Shown here: positions 11,213 to 22,739 of the stretch, piece by piece
Numbering within the stretch: the first letter of the stretch is position 1
Layout: each line of letters opens with the position of its first letter
Assembly (NCBI GenBank): GCA_030295235.1
Contig: AP026162.1
Span: 1,550,001 to 1,614,000 of the forward strand
Origin: Fistulifera solaris
Taxonomy: Eukaryota
DNA: 64,000 nt
Direction of reading: 5' to 3'
The notes under the pieces: model-generated
Told to the model about the DNA's origin: nothing
What the model saw: the letters and a program-made list of their open reading frames with translations, nothing else
Databases searched by the model: none
Translations under genes and position numbers: made by a program

Positions 11213-14200
11213 TCATTGTCTAGAGCGATTTTTCTGGTGAGTGGCCAGAATATACGATGCGCCTTCACAACCTTCGCTGCTAAGCTTTCTTATTGAATCT
11301 TCAACTAGTGATGTCTTCCAGACCTTAGCTTCAATCATCCGCACGGATAACTCGGCGACTTGACTTGAGCTCGAGGTAGAAATACCGAGAGATATGATGC
11401 GACTGAGAGTCTTGACTTCCAAGCATCTTCTCTTGAGGGAACACAAACCATGATGTGACCAGGATTGGATGTCTGCGGCTAATGAAAGGTACGAGTGCAC
11501 AATCCGCCAACGACTTTCGACGCTCTCGGTGCTCGCAAGCGCGCAGTTCAAAACATCTGAGGACAACTTATCTAATTCAAATACTGCGACAAAGAGAATT
11601 CTTAGATTCTCTTCTGGAGGTATTTCCTTTCCCATATCACCCGATAGTATCTGAAAAGCTTTACTCGAATCATCAATCAAGGGCATGGCTTGATCAATGC
11701 TGAACAACTTTGACATATCACCTGAAAGTTTGTTTAAAGCATCAATACAATGTCCGACTAATTGCGCTGCATCATTTCGGTTTGAACTTTTCAAATCATT
11801 TGAAAATAATTCTTTCCCGGCGCTCGCCTCCAGTTTCATCCAGAGCGCTCTTTGACTTTCACGTACTTGTTGAAACATGCTCCCACTCTGTTCAAGTCCA
11901 TGATCAACGCCAAGTGAAGTGGCAACGGTGAGGACCCGGCGATCAAGCTGTACGGGCGACAGCAATTCCAATGCTTGCTGCAAATGTTCTCCTAACCACT
12001 TCCGCAAAACGTCGTTGCAACACTCGATCAGCACGTCGTCTCTGAAATCAATGCCTCCATTCTCAGCTAAACAGCGAGTTCTCATCTCCTCTTCGATCTT
12101 TCTTTGAAATTCTTCGATTGGCAATTTCTTAAGTAGTCGAGAAACAACAAATTCACAGATTAGCTTCATTTCCGGTTGCCGGTGAAAAAATCCATCTCTC
12201 AAATTTCTTCTCAATTTATCTTTGGGTGTAGAATACTCTTCCTCTGCTTTGACAATCCTAGGAGACGAGCTCGTGACTTGACTTAAAATGGACGGCCTTA
12301 ATTTTCTGGAGACGCCAGGGCTTTTGGTCGATTTGTTGTTTGTCCGGGAAATGCTCGCAACGAGTGAACGCAAATCTTCTAAATGCGCTATGGATGAGAA
12401 TATTGCATTCGGAGGGATTGTCGCGAAAACATCAGCCTTTTGCATTCCGTCGACATCGCTGGAAGAGAGCAAGGTGAAAGTTTGGACGCGGCTGCAACAC
12501 CGACTGCATTAGCGAAAAAGCTCTCCACAGCTAGAGCTACATGACACCCACTCACATCAGAAGCTTCCTTCGCCTTAGCTTTTTGCAATTGCCGCAAGAT
12601 TGAAAGCACCTCGACGTACGTCTTTGACTTCATAGCTGATATGTCCCAAGAGCTCATCTGAAGTAGCTCTATGATCCAAGGGACTACAAGATGTAGCTTG
12701 TTGTTCAATAGCGCACTTTCGATAACAGAAATGACACACAGTCCGCATCCCTTGAGCTGCAGTAAGGCATCTAAGGCGGGATCGGCGCTTTGTTGTTCAG
12801 TAGCTGTTCCAAAAGATCTCCAGTTGGGAGAGAAAAAGAGCAATCCAACATACCGAGCAAGCATAGACATCTCCAACAGCTTTGTTTCGCTTGTTGCATC
12901 TTCATCAGTTGTCTTTGTCATTTTGTTAATTATGGCGGATCTCAGATGAATGGCGAGGGCGTATGAGTCAGCGGAAAGAATAAACAGAAAGAAGAATTCT
13001 TGGTGCCCAGGGAACAAACGCAAAGCCTCCGACCGAGGAGAATCGGAGCTGCGAGCACGATCTGCGGCAACCTTGTGTGAGCTGCTTCGACTCTGCGATG
13101 CGGACTGTGAGAATCGTTGATGCAGCTTCTGCAATTTGTCCTTGTCTGCGATTTGCAAAAGTTCTTTGTCTGTTTCTTGCAGCGGAACCATACCAATTTG
13201 TAGGAGAAGGTCCACAAAAAAAGACGAAAACCAAGTATAGTTACTTTCCATGAGACCCTCGATCACCGTCCTTGACGACCGCTGGATCGACAAAAGTGAT
13301 TTCTCCACTTTTGAGGCATCGAGGACTTTGCCTCGTACACTAAGGAACGACCTTAGCTGATATAAGAATGCATCTCTGCTAGCTTCCCTGTTCATGTATA
13401 TAAGCTGCTCTTCAGGTGAGCGAAAGTTGTGTCGTGAATCTCGTTGTTCGTCAAACGGCAGACTCAGCAATGCTGTCTGATTGCTTGTAAAAGATGAGGA
13501 TAACATGCCGTTCCGATTCCACGCTTTTAACAGGCGGTCGCATTCATTGTAAACGGAGGGCACGAGCTCCAGAAGAGGTGGACACCGAGAGAGAGTCTCC
13601 CACATGACAGGGCCAAGACCATACAAAATCTTTTCTTGGCATCGAATTGATTCTGAAGCAAAATAAATGCAAGAGGGATTGTCGACAAGGATATGACCCA
13701 GTGGACTCTTTGACGAAATTCCATTTTTGGTTTCATTTGGAAGGACAAGTAGCCGAAATAGTAAATGAAGTTCGAGGGGAGTCGAAGGAACCAGACATGA
13801 ATCGATTAACGCCGAGTAAACAACAACCAAATGTTTTAGTGCTATGGTTTCCGACAAGCCTTCACTCTTCTGAGGGGTGAAAGCAGGCTGACGCGTTCTC
13901 TCTTTGTCCTCTTTCCACTTGAACGTTCCTGACTTTTCCGGAGTCACGGGAGCACTCGCAGATCGACTTAAAGCATTACTAGATGTGGAATTGCCAGATT
14001 TCGGTGCGAACGCTTTGGCAAACTGCTTCTGCGTAGGTACATCAAGCGGTACTTCTGAAGGCAAATCAACCAGATTTCCTTTCGACATCCCCCCATACCG
14101 ATGCATTCGAATCCGGTGTTAACGTGGCAGGGCGGATTCGTCGTTTGTTTCCTCCCTGAGAAGTGCTTTTCGTCGTCAATGTAGATTTCGTCGTCAATGT

Positions 14201-14500
14201 AGAAGCCGTTTTCGCTTTGACGGAGAGAGCAGGAAAAGATTCCTCGTATGACGGTGTTGTTTGTTTATTGTTTGAGTCTTCGAGAAAAGGACGACATGCA
14301 TCTCGTACAGCGTTAAGTAGAGCAAGTGACGTCTCCACTCGATTGTTGCAGCTGTAACTTCCACAAAAATTCTCACTTTCCCCAATAAGCCAAGATATAA
14401 GTAGACGCGTTGTTTCGGGACTTTCCAGAGCTCCAACGACGTTTTCAATAGCACGAAAGCGATGGCATGGACACGCATTCTTCTTTTCCGATTTGCCCAT
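11213..14500 (-). CDS. CDAN1: Codanin-1-like protein
   Basis: DSRHNF...RDAF, KLQKLHQRF, FPGHQEFFFLFILSADSY and FFHRQPEMKLICEFVVSR resemble codanin-1 blocks; three overlapping ORFs with frameshifts at ~14100 and ~12470. Confidence 0.75.
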
Positions 14501-14948
14501 TGTCTATTCAATGCTATTAGTCTACCCACGACACAGCAGTCGTTAATGTTTCTCTAGGCTTATTCAAAGTACAACTGACTGATTTGGAAGAAGCTCTTTT
14601 TGTTGTATTGAATCATCATCAAAAGAATGCAGATCGCTCCGTCGCGCAGTGCTCCTCTGTTCTCGCATCGTGTGTGTGTGTCAACCTGACCAGAGATATC
14701 AACCCTCACGGGGACGTCTGCAATCTGACAACATAGATCCATCATCTAGCCTCTTTACTACTAAATTGATTATACTACATTACTACGGAATCCGAACGCC
14801 CATCTCCCAGCAGAAAGCAGATTCTCAACCCAGTAGAAGCGTTGTGTAAACGGCGGAAATTAAAGCAGAACACCACATTTGCCACGTGTGATGGTGTTCT
14901 CGCATCGTACAATAAGGCGTGTGGGTGTGGGTGTGGTGTTTATAGAGA

Positions 14949-15320
14949 GGTGGTCCAGACAATCTGGACCAGTTGTATTTTCTTTGTATTTTCACGTTCC
15001 CAGGAAATCTGGGTGAGCGGTGTTTTCCACTTGGTCCAGAAATCTGGACCAGTTGTATTTTCACGTACCCAGGAAATCTGGGGTTTGGTGTTTACACGTG
15101 GTCCAGAAAATCTGGACCAGCTGTATTATTACATTTCCAGGAAATCTGGGTGTTTGGTGTTCACACGTGGTCCAGAAAACCTGGGGCTTGGGATGTACAT
15201 GTGTCCAGAAATTTGGATTTGTATTTCCACGTTCCCAAAAATGTCGGCGTGTGTTATTTTTTAACTGTCCACATAATCTGGACCCTTTGTATTTACACGT
15301 CTCCAGAAATCATCTGAACC
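14949..15320. repeat. Minisatellite array 1 (~67-70 bp unit) with palindromic GGTCCAGAAATCTGGACC core
   Basis: About 5 degenerate units of TGGTCCAGAAATCTGGACCAGTTGTATTT..CCCAGGAAATCTGGG..TTGGTGTT.ACACG. Confidence 0.9.
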
Positions 15321-15766
15321 TGTTGTGGTCATCTTCAAAATGTCATCAACCAAATTTAATAAAGGTTGTGGTTTACTACTACTTACTCTATATATCAGAG
15401 TGTGGACTACTTTTTTCAGTGACTCAACTTTGTTTGAGTCCCGTGACTTGTTTTCATCCACTAATAGCAACTCTATCATAGATTTTAGGCTTTGAAAAAT
15501 TTATACCTTTTAATCACGGTGCCATTGAAACACCATTCAATAATCACGGGTCGATTATATACATTATCTCCATTGTATTCTTCTAGTAGAGTGCTCTATT
15601 GATTATTCTGGCATAAAATGTCGCTGGTGATAGCGCACACCGTCTCACAACGGTTACATCCACTCAGTCATGTTAAGGCCTTTAAACGTCAAGCCTTGCT
15701 ATGTCAATATTGCAAATGCAATAACTAGGGGAACGTGATTTAAAACAGCGAGCATCAATCTATGAC

Positions 15767-16537
15767 CTACCCCCGCCCAACGAATGGCTGCGTGGTTGGC
15801 AAAACGACAAGCTCAAGTATACCGGTAGTGGGTGGCATCGCTACCATTGTTAACACACATTCTGCGACATCGTTGGCGTCCACGAAACCTTCTTGTTGAC
15901 GTGCTTGAATCATCTCCCGGGTCAGCAGATCACTGGCTACATTTCCAGGATGGATGATACCCACCGAAACGCCATGTTCTCGTCCATCTAAAGCGAGTGA
16001 GCGACTCAAGCCATTCAGTGCAAACTTGGAAGTGGTATAAGCTGTAGAGTCAGGTCGTGGCGACATGGCGGAAAGGCTTCCAACATTGATTATTCGGCCA
16101 CCGTTTGACATATGTTTAAACGCTTCACGAGAGCATAAGAAAGGTCCGAGCACATTAACTTTCATGACCCACTCAAAGTCATTTGCTGTTAAATCCGAAA
16201 GGGGTTTGTCGACGTTAGTTCCGGCATTGTTGATCAAAATATCAATTTGTTGGCCGTCATTTCCTTGAATGCGCGCGAAGAGCTCTTTCACGGAAGTTTC
16301 ATCCGTTACGTCACACGAGAAAGTCTCCACAGTGGGATTATCGCTCACGTTGTTGTTGTCAGTCGTAAGATTTTGTTTAATGTTCGCGGCGGCTTCTTTT
16401 AAACTCTCCAAGTTCCGCCCCGTCAGCACGACCGATGCACCGGCCTGCGCTAACTTGTTGGCGATGGCTTGGCCGATTCTACCGCTGGCGCCAGTGATCA
16501 GAGCCCGTTTTCCCTTAAGAAAGGATATTGTGGACAT
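15767..16537 (-). CDS. Short-chain dehydrogenase/reductase
   Basis: Intact 256-aa ORF with TGASGRIG, NNAG, YTTSK and HPG motifs. Confidence 0.9.
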   Translation of the reverse strand: MSTISFLKGKRALITGASGRIGQAIANKLAQAGASVVLTGRNLESLKEAAANIKQNLTTDNNNVSDNPTVETFSCDVTDETSVKELFARIQGNDGQQIDILINNAGTNVDKPLSDLTANDFEWVMKVNVLGPFLCSREAFKHMSNGGRIINVGSLSAMSPRPDSTAYTTSKFALNGLSRSLALDGREHGVSVGIIHPGNVASDLLTREMIQARQQEGFVDANDVAECVLTMVAMPPTTGILELVVLPTTQPFVGRG

Positions 16538-16933
16538 TTGTTAATTGGTTCCTTGCATAGCTTCTAAATTATAGCACTAATAATAGTCTCTATAGAATGT
16601 TGTGGTGATAGCGAAGAAGATCCAAACAATAAATGGCTATCTAGTTCACGGATTAAGTAATTCAGTACCGGTAAGATTTTTATCAACACCTCTGACGAAA
16701 ATACCTGGTAACAAGACATCGTCAAAACCAAACATCGCCCATTTCTAGATTTAGCGGTAAGCGGTAACACATCTACCAGGTAAGTTTAACCATAAAAGTT
16801 CAAAATATTTCCATTGGTTTGACCTCCCTTTGAGTGATCTTTCATCTTAGTCGATAGATATCGTCCAAACACTGAGTAATTTCTGTAAAATATTGAGAGC
16901 ACTTATATCAAAGTTTTATCTCAAGTAGCGTGC

Positions 16934-17016
16934 GCAACTTTGTCCGAGTTGGTCTAAGGAGGTGGTTTCAAGCACCACTGTATTCGTACGCATGGGTTCG
17001 AATCCCATAGGTTGCA
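16934..17016 (+). tRNA. tRNA-Leu(CAA)
   Basis: Acceptor GCAACTT/AGGTTGC; anticodon arm GTGGT-TTCAAGC-ACCAC; long variable arm; GGTTCGAATCC T-loop; downstream T-run. Confidence 0.95.
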
Positions 17017-17200
17017 AACTCTTTTTGATGATTTATTCCTCGTCTAACCTTGCCCACAGCAGCGTCATTTTTGTGAAAAAATAAAGGTTTGACGAGCGAC
17101 GAACAGTAAAGCTGCTGCTTATTAATCATCAAAATTTTGACCCTATTATTACACTTTCTCGCGCCAACACGGTCTTTCACCAAATCACTCAACGGATACA

Positions 17201-17477
17201 ATGTCCCTTCGAAGGCCACCAACGCGAATTGAGCTTAAGGCCGATGACATTGAAGAGTTCGACAAGGTAGGCAATTCACTCATTCATGCGTTACGAAACA
17301 CCCCCCGTTATGTTAACTCACGCCGTTTGTTCTGTTTAGGTTCGCAAGGAGGAAGCTTACACTCTCTTTCAAGTAAAGAATGATCACGCTGATGCAAGGA
17401 CGCCCCACATGCAAGCCAAGAAAATGGCGGCACTCTCTCGCATTGGAGTGACAGGCCGATTGCCCGAGAAACGGTAA
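17201..17477 (+). CDS. CDC26: APC/C subunit CDC26 (two exons, ~67 aa)
   Basis: MSLRRPPTRIELKADDIEEFDK matches the CDC26 N-terminal motif; intron 17267-17339 GT...AG gives an in-frame second exon ending TAA at 17475-17477. Confidence 0.85.
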
Positions 17478-17676
17478 GGTCAAGGTGCGCCTTAATCTAA
17501 TGCTGAAGTCTATTTGGATGTGAATGTAGTAGTGTGTGAAGCAGGTGGATTACACATGATTTATTAGAATCTCTATATACGACCTGGACGAACGTTCGAC
17601 GGAATCGTCGGCATTGTCTCCTCGAGTATAAGCTTTCTATCGTTTAGGCTGACGAATCTTATAGGGTGCCTTAACT

Positions 17677-18186
17677 TTAAATTCGATATTCTGGAGCACT
17701 GAGGTCGATCGTTTGCGGTAAAGAATTAGACACTTCGTCGAATGTCCCCGTGGATGGAATTCCGATTTGATTGCCTAGCCATCCAGGACCCAATATGACA
17801 TTCATACTGAAGAAGAAAGCGATTGCTGCTGCAAGAATGTATGTGAACACATTGATGCCGAACATCTACGTCGCCGCGTATGGTGAGATTTGTCATGCCA
17901 GTATTGATATCAAATTGAAATTGAAAATGAATATTCAACACGCACCCGTTGTATTACCATCCAGTTTGATGGCTTTCCAGCTTCGATTTCTGCTAGTGTC
18001 GCTTCATCCAATTCGTCATCACTAAGTAGAATTAAATCCCGATTATCTTCGTTATTGAGCTGCCCATGAAGGACACGCTGCTTTTTTGATTTGCAAGTGA
18101 TCGGACAGGGAATTCGAAAAAGCGTCAATCGGCGACCCTGGTGTCTGAAACATCAGAATCATCTTGAGTAGCAATAAATACCTCAT
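17677..18186 (-). CDS. Small single-TM protein of unknown function, probably plastid-targeted
   Basis: Exon ...EIEAGKPSNWMVIQR, intron ~17866-17945, exon FGINVFTYILAAAIAFFFSMNVILGPGWLG; hydrophobic N-terminus. Start is uncertain. Confidence 0.55.
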
Positions 18187-18653
18187 TGCTTGGTTGCAAA
18201 AATCTTTTTAAACCCGTAGTTCGTACGAGCAAAGCTTGAAGAATGAAATGGCCATCATCATCATCGCATCAAAGACAAAAGAAAGTCAGTCGAAGACGAC
18301 GCCATGTCTCATTTATGTTTTTCGTGACAGAAATTCAGTCACGGGCGCCCGTTTGGACTGTGTAAGTTACACTCTGTACCTGGTAGCTGTGCAATTGTGC
18401 ACTTGCGTAGGAACTGGTATTCGAATGTTATGCTTAAAACGAGTTCAGCTACTAATGGATAGCGCGAAAGTTTCCCGCCTTTCATCACACCTCGTCCCTC
18501 CATGTTTCGATCGTTATTGCGCGATCGACATGAATGAATGCACGGCAACGCAATGACATTGCAGCTGCTCGACAACAGCAACGGCATTTATTTTCCAAGC
18601 GTGCTTGATAAATTGTAAGCAATTAATTGAGTTATCAGTAAACTAGCTAAGCC

Positions 18654-19797
18654 ATGTTATGGGTCGATGAATACCGACCCACGAAACTGGAGGATCTTTC
18701 CTACCATTCGGATATTACCGATCGTTTGCAGGCGCTGGCACAGAACCCTGACTCCATGCCCCATCTATTCTTTTTATGGACCGTCAGGGGCTGGAAAGAA
18801 GACTCGCATCAACTGCTTACTCGAAGCTCTTTACGGACCTGGAGCGAGGAAACTCAAATTGGATCAACGCACATTTACAACACCCACCAACAAGACGGTA
18901 CAAATCAACATGGTTACCTCAAGTTATCACATCGAAATTAGCCCCGGTGATGCAGGTTTGAATGATCGTTTTGTCGTTCAAGATATTATCAAAGAGATCG
19001 CGTCCAACCAGAATATTTCGGCGATGAGCAGTACCAAGAAAACAGCACTCTTCAAAACTGTGGTTCTAGTGGAAGTCGATCGACTCAGTCGTCAAGCACA
19101 AGCCGCTTTGCGTCGCACAATGGAAAAGTACGCCAAGACATGCCGTCTTATTTTGTGCTGTGATTCGATGAGTAAAGTAATGGAACCTGTACGCAGTCGA
19201 TGTTTAGGAATTCGTGTGCCAGCACCGACTCACATCGAGGTAAGCCGCTTTGTAAATCGAAATCGCGCACGACATTCAATTGACTAAACACTTGTTTTTC
19301 CTCCTTTAAAGATATCTAATGTATTGATCAAAACCGCCCGTCGCACCGAACATACTCTTCCCGAAGAAGTGGCGAGCAACATCGCTCGTTCCTGCGATCG
19401 CAACTTACGCCGTGCCATTCTCATGTTGGAAGCCATGAGTACGCAAGGTCTCACCAAAGATCAACCGGTTCCGGTGACGGACTGGGAACTTTACATTCGT
19501 CAGATTGCCATTGACATCACCAAAGAGCAAAGTCCGCAACGCTTGGCAGCGACACGCGAAAAGATGTACGAACTTTTGGTCAACTGCATCCCTCCGACCA
19601 TTGTACTCAAGACCTTAGTTAGGGAATTGCTGAGAAATCTTGATGATACGTTGAAACCTTCCGTCGTAGAGTGGGCAGCCTTCTACGAACATCGCATCGC
19701 CATGGGAAGCAAAGAGATTTTTCATCTAGAAGCGTTCGTGGCAAAATACATGGCGCTGTACAAGAAGTATCTCAACGACCTATTCGATGATTTTTAA
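18654..19797 (+). CDS. RFC3: Replication factor C subunit (human RFC3 / yeast Rfc5)
   Basis: MLWVDEYRP, YGPSGAGKKT, AQAALRRTMEKY, RSRCL and IFHLEAFVAK motifs; T-run indel at ~18772; intron 19240-19311. Confidence 0.95.
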
Positions 19798-19834
19798 AAG
19801 AAAAAGTAAGTAATGTTACAACAATGCGACTTCT

Positions 19835-21118
19835 TCATGATTCTGCCGTAGACAATACTATTTTTCCGACCGTAGCACCACTGGATATAAGATCGTGCGC
19901 CGACGCAATGTCATTCATGTGCATCTCCACTACTCGCGGACACGATAATTTCCCTTCTTCCAGCCAAGCTAGTACTTGATCAAACAGATCAGATAGCATC
20001 TCGCGCTCGTTGGCAAAGAATGACAAATTGAAAGCCAAGACAGCTTTATTCACGGCTCCCATTTCCATGGGATCTAGTTTGGGCATGTTGGTCATCTTAT
20101 ACGCCATTTTCAGCCATTGCCAGGGCGACAGCATATCACGGCCCATGGGTAAATTTGTATGAAATCCAAAAACAATCAACCGTCCTGTCATTGCTAAATG
20201 ATCGTACGACTGTTGCAAGGTATCTACTCCGGAAGAATCCATTACTGCAGCATAGCCTGAAGGAGAAGCCGCGGCAATCTCATTCCACATGTTTCTCGTC
20301 GCACTCTTATCGATCACAACATCACATCCTAACCGTTTGGCTTCTTCTACTTTGGCCGAACGCCCAACGACGCCTACTACCGGTGACAAGCCCAATAACT
20401 TCGACATTTGAATGAGCATACTGCCGACTCCTCCGGCCGCTGAATGAATCAAAATGCCCTTGTTGTTGAATTTGGAGGGTATCGGAAAGTGCCCCGCCAA
20501 GAACAAGGAATAGAGTGACGTGAGGGCCACGGTAGGGATCGCCGAAGCTTGGCTGGTGGACCATCCGTCGGGAACTCGTCGAAGGTGCAAGGCGGGGACC
20601 ATGACGCGAGAGCTATACGCCCCAAATAAAGTGCATCCGAACACACGATCACCCACTCGAAATTGCCGCACGTCGGCGCCCACGTGCTCGACGACACCGG
20701 CAATGTCAAAACCAGGAACGATCGGATAGCCGACATACTGATTCGCACTCTCATAGAGGCCCCATCGAATACAGATATCCGCATAATTCACAGAAAACGA
20801 ATCGATCCGCACAATGACACAATCACTCGGCAGATCCTTGATATGAGCAAAGGCTCCTTCACGAGGCGACACGTTGTAGCCGGTCGTACAGTACCCCGGC
20901 TTCAAAGTAATGATGCGCAACTGCTCCACGCCACCGGGACGTGCAATCACCACGCATTTCGTATTATCGGATACGGGGCCTTCTGTTTGTTCCTGGGGCA
21001 ATTTCGGAACCAATGCGGGCAGCAGGCTCGGCGCAAACATTCGAACAAACCACGAGAGTAGATTGGCGCCCATTGCCATCAAAATGGCAGTGTCTTGACC
21101 GAGAATTTTCTTTCCCAT
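19835..21118 (-). CDS. MDR-family quinone oxidoreductase (VAT-1-like)
   Basis: VNYADI, PGFDIAG, LIHSAAGGVG and GKIVL motifs in an intact 427-aa ORF. Confidence 0.88.
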   Translation of the reverse strand: MGKKILGQDTAILMAMGANLLSWFVRMFAPSLLPALVPKLPQEQTEGPVSDNTKCVVIARPGGVEQLRIITLKPGYCTTGYNVSPREGAFAHIKDLPSDCVIVRIDSFSVNYADICIRWGLYESANQYVGYPIVPGFDIAGVVEHVGADVRQFRVGDRVFGCTLFGAYSSRVMVPALHLRRVPDGWSTSQASAIPTVALTSLYSLFLAGHFPIPSKFNNKGILIHSAAGGVGSMLIQMSKLLGLSPVVGVVGRSAKVEEAKRLGCDVVIDKSATRNMWNEIAAASPSGYAAVMDSSGVDTLQQSYDHLAMTGRLIVFGFHTNLPMGRDMLSPWQWLKMAYKMTNMPKLDPMEMGAVNKAVLAFNLSFFANEREMLSDLFDQVLAWLEEGKLSCPRVVEMHMNDIASAHDLISSGATVGKIVLSTAES

Positions 21119-21722
21119 CTAAATTAGAGTAATTTGATGCAACTGATCTAATGAATGATTGAGACGTTGGTATAAAAGGTCTTTCAAGGCGAAGACGAGA
21201 TGAGTTTCAACAAAATCATCATCGTCAAGCATCATCGCACTCATCAATCCTCATCATCTCTTAATCACGGATACTTTCTACAGGGCTAAATCGTGCATCG
21301 CAGTGGTGTTCTTCTGTATCGCTTGTATTGTACACACGGTATTGTCGCTTGTGTACTTTGTAGGGAAGAGAGGTGCGCGCGCCGAAACATCGTCCATCGT
21401 CTATCATCTTGCCGCCATGTCAACCGCGAAGCGTGAAGAAACGGTTGATCGGAGTCTTTTCCGGTTGCACGATTCCACAAAGAACGACTGCGTCGAAATC
21501 TTTCTACGTTGCTACATTACATCCTTATAGTAATTAGCCACTAGCCCAGTCGGAGTAGGCGTTCGATCGATTTCCGGATTTCCCAAAATCTCATTTTGAA
21601 AAAACACAGCTGGTCGCAAGTCTCATTATTTATCTCCATCCGACTTCTGAAAGCATTCGGAAGGCGACTTTACACGACGCCTTTTTCTATTCGATATCCT
21701 CATTTGTTAATTCATAGCTACC

Positions 21723-22055
21723 ATGACACGATCTTCTTCGCGTACCTCCACTACGGCTTTAACCGTTGCCGAGCGGGCGAAATTCAATCCAGTCCGACTG
21801 CGCATGCGCTACTCAAGGGGGCCGGGTAGCTTCTCGGCGTCTTCTGCCACCATAACGAGTATGGCATCATCGTTATCCCTCAATGAACTTCGCGAAGTTC
21901 CTTTTGTCGAGAAGTTCGATCCTGTGAATAACATTGCGCAGACCCCACGGACAAAGCCTCCATTGATGCAATGCCCCGATGCTCCTCGCAAGCGACAATA
22001 CTTCTTTGACGTTCCAAAGGGGATTCCGGAAAGAATACAGTTTCCCGAGTTTTGA
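21723..22055 (+). CDS. Small basic protein with TP...CPDAPRK motif (SIAMESE/SMR-like candidate)
   Basis: 110-aa ATG ORF alone in an intergenic gap; QTPR...CPDAPRKR.YFFDVP. Confidence 0.55.
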   Translation: MTRSSSRTSTTALTVAERAKFNPVRLRMRYSRGPGSFSASSATITSMASSLSLNELREVPFVEKFDPVNNIAQTPRTKPPLMQCPDAPRKRQYFFDVPKGIPERIQFPEF

Positions 22056-22739
22056 GAAATCGGGCGTTATCCGTGCGCCGACGACTATTTGTTAATACCA
22101 GGTACAACAGTCAATCAGCATGTCAAAAGTGTAATAAAGATTAACAACAGATTTTTTGATGTAAGCTTGCATTCAATAGAATCTACGAGGTAGTTCGCCC
22201 CTACGGACCAGATATCAACATCAAAGCTTGTTTGGTGACATGGATCCGAAAGAGAAGCAGTAAAAAGACTTTACGAGCCGCATAATCAAAGACAATCAAA
22301 TTAGATCTTCTGCTCATTTTGTTGCAATAGTCCGAACTTTTTCCAAACGTCTTTGGCGTACATTGTTATGTGATCGAAATTTGTGATAAGGAGAGGCCTG
22401 CGCTCCGTCATTAGAGATCAACTCCGACTTCAGACTCTTCCACAGAAAAACAATGCTTGTAACCAACGACCATCATTAACAAGTCGGACGGTGTCAATGC
22501 CGATAAGGACATGGCCAATAGAACGCGCTTCTAGGCGCTGCGGCGCTCGTTACCCAATAGCACGTAACTGATAGCTTCAGAGGATTAAAAGTCGTTCAAA
22601 AATATTTACGAAGTAACGCTTACGATCTGTTGCAGCGATTCAGCAAGTGCAGTAAGATGAGTCAGAAAACACCGCTTTTGATCAAGCGCAGCTATTAGGA
22701 AAGGATCATCGCTCATGCGTGTCTTCCTTTCGAAAACGT

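Noticed and set aside
14168..14203. 18-bp direct repeat (STLTTK x2) in codanin-1
   Set aside because: Ordinary in-frame slippage in a disordered region.
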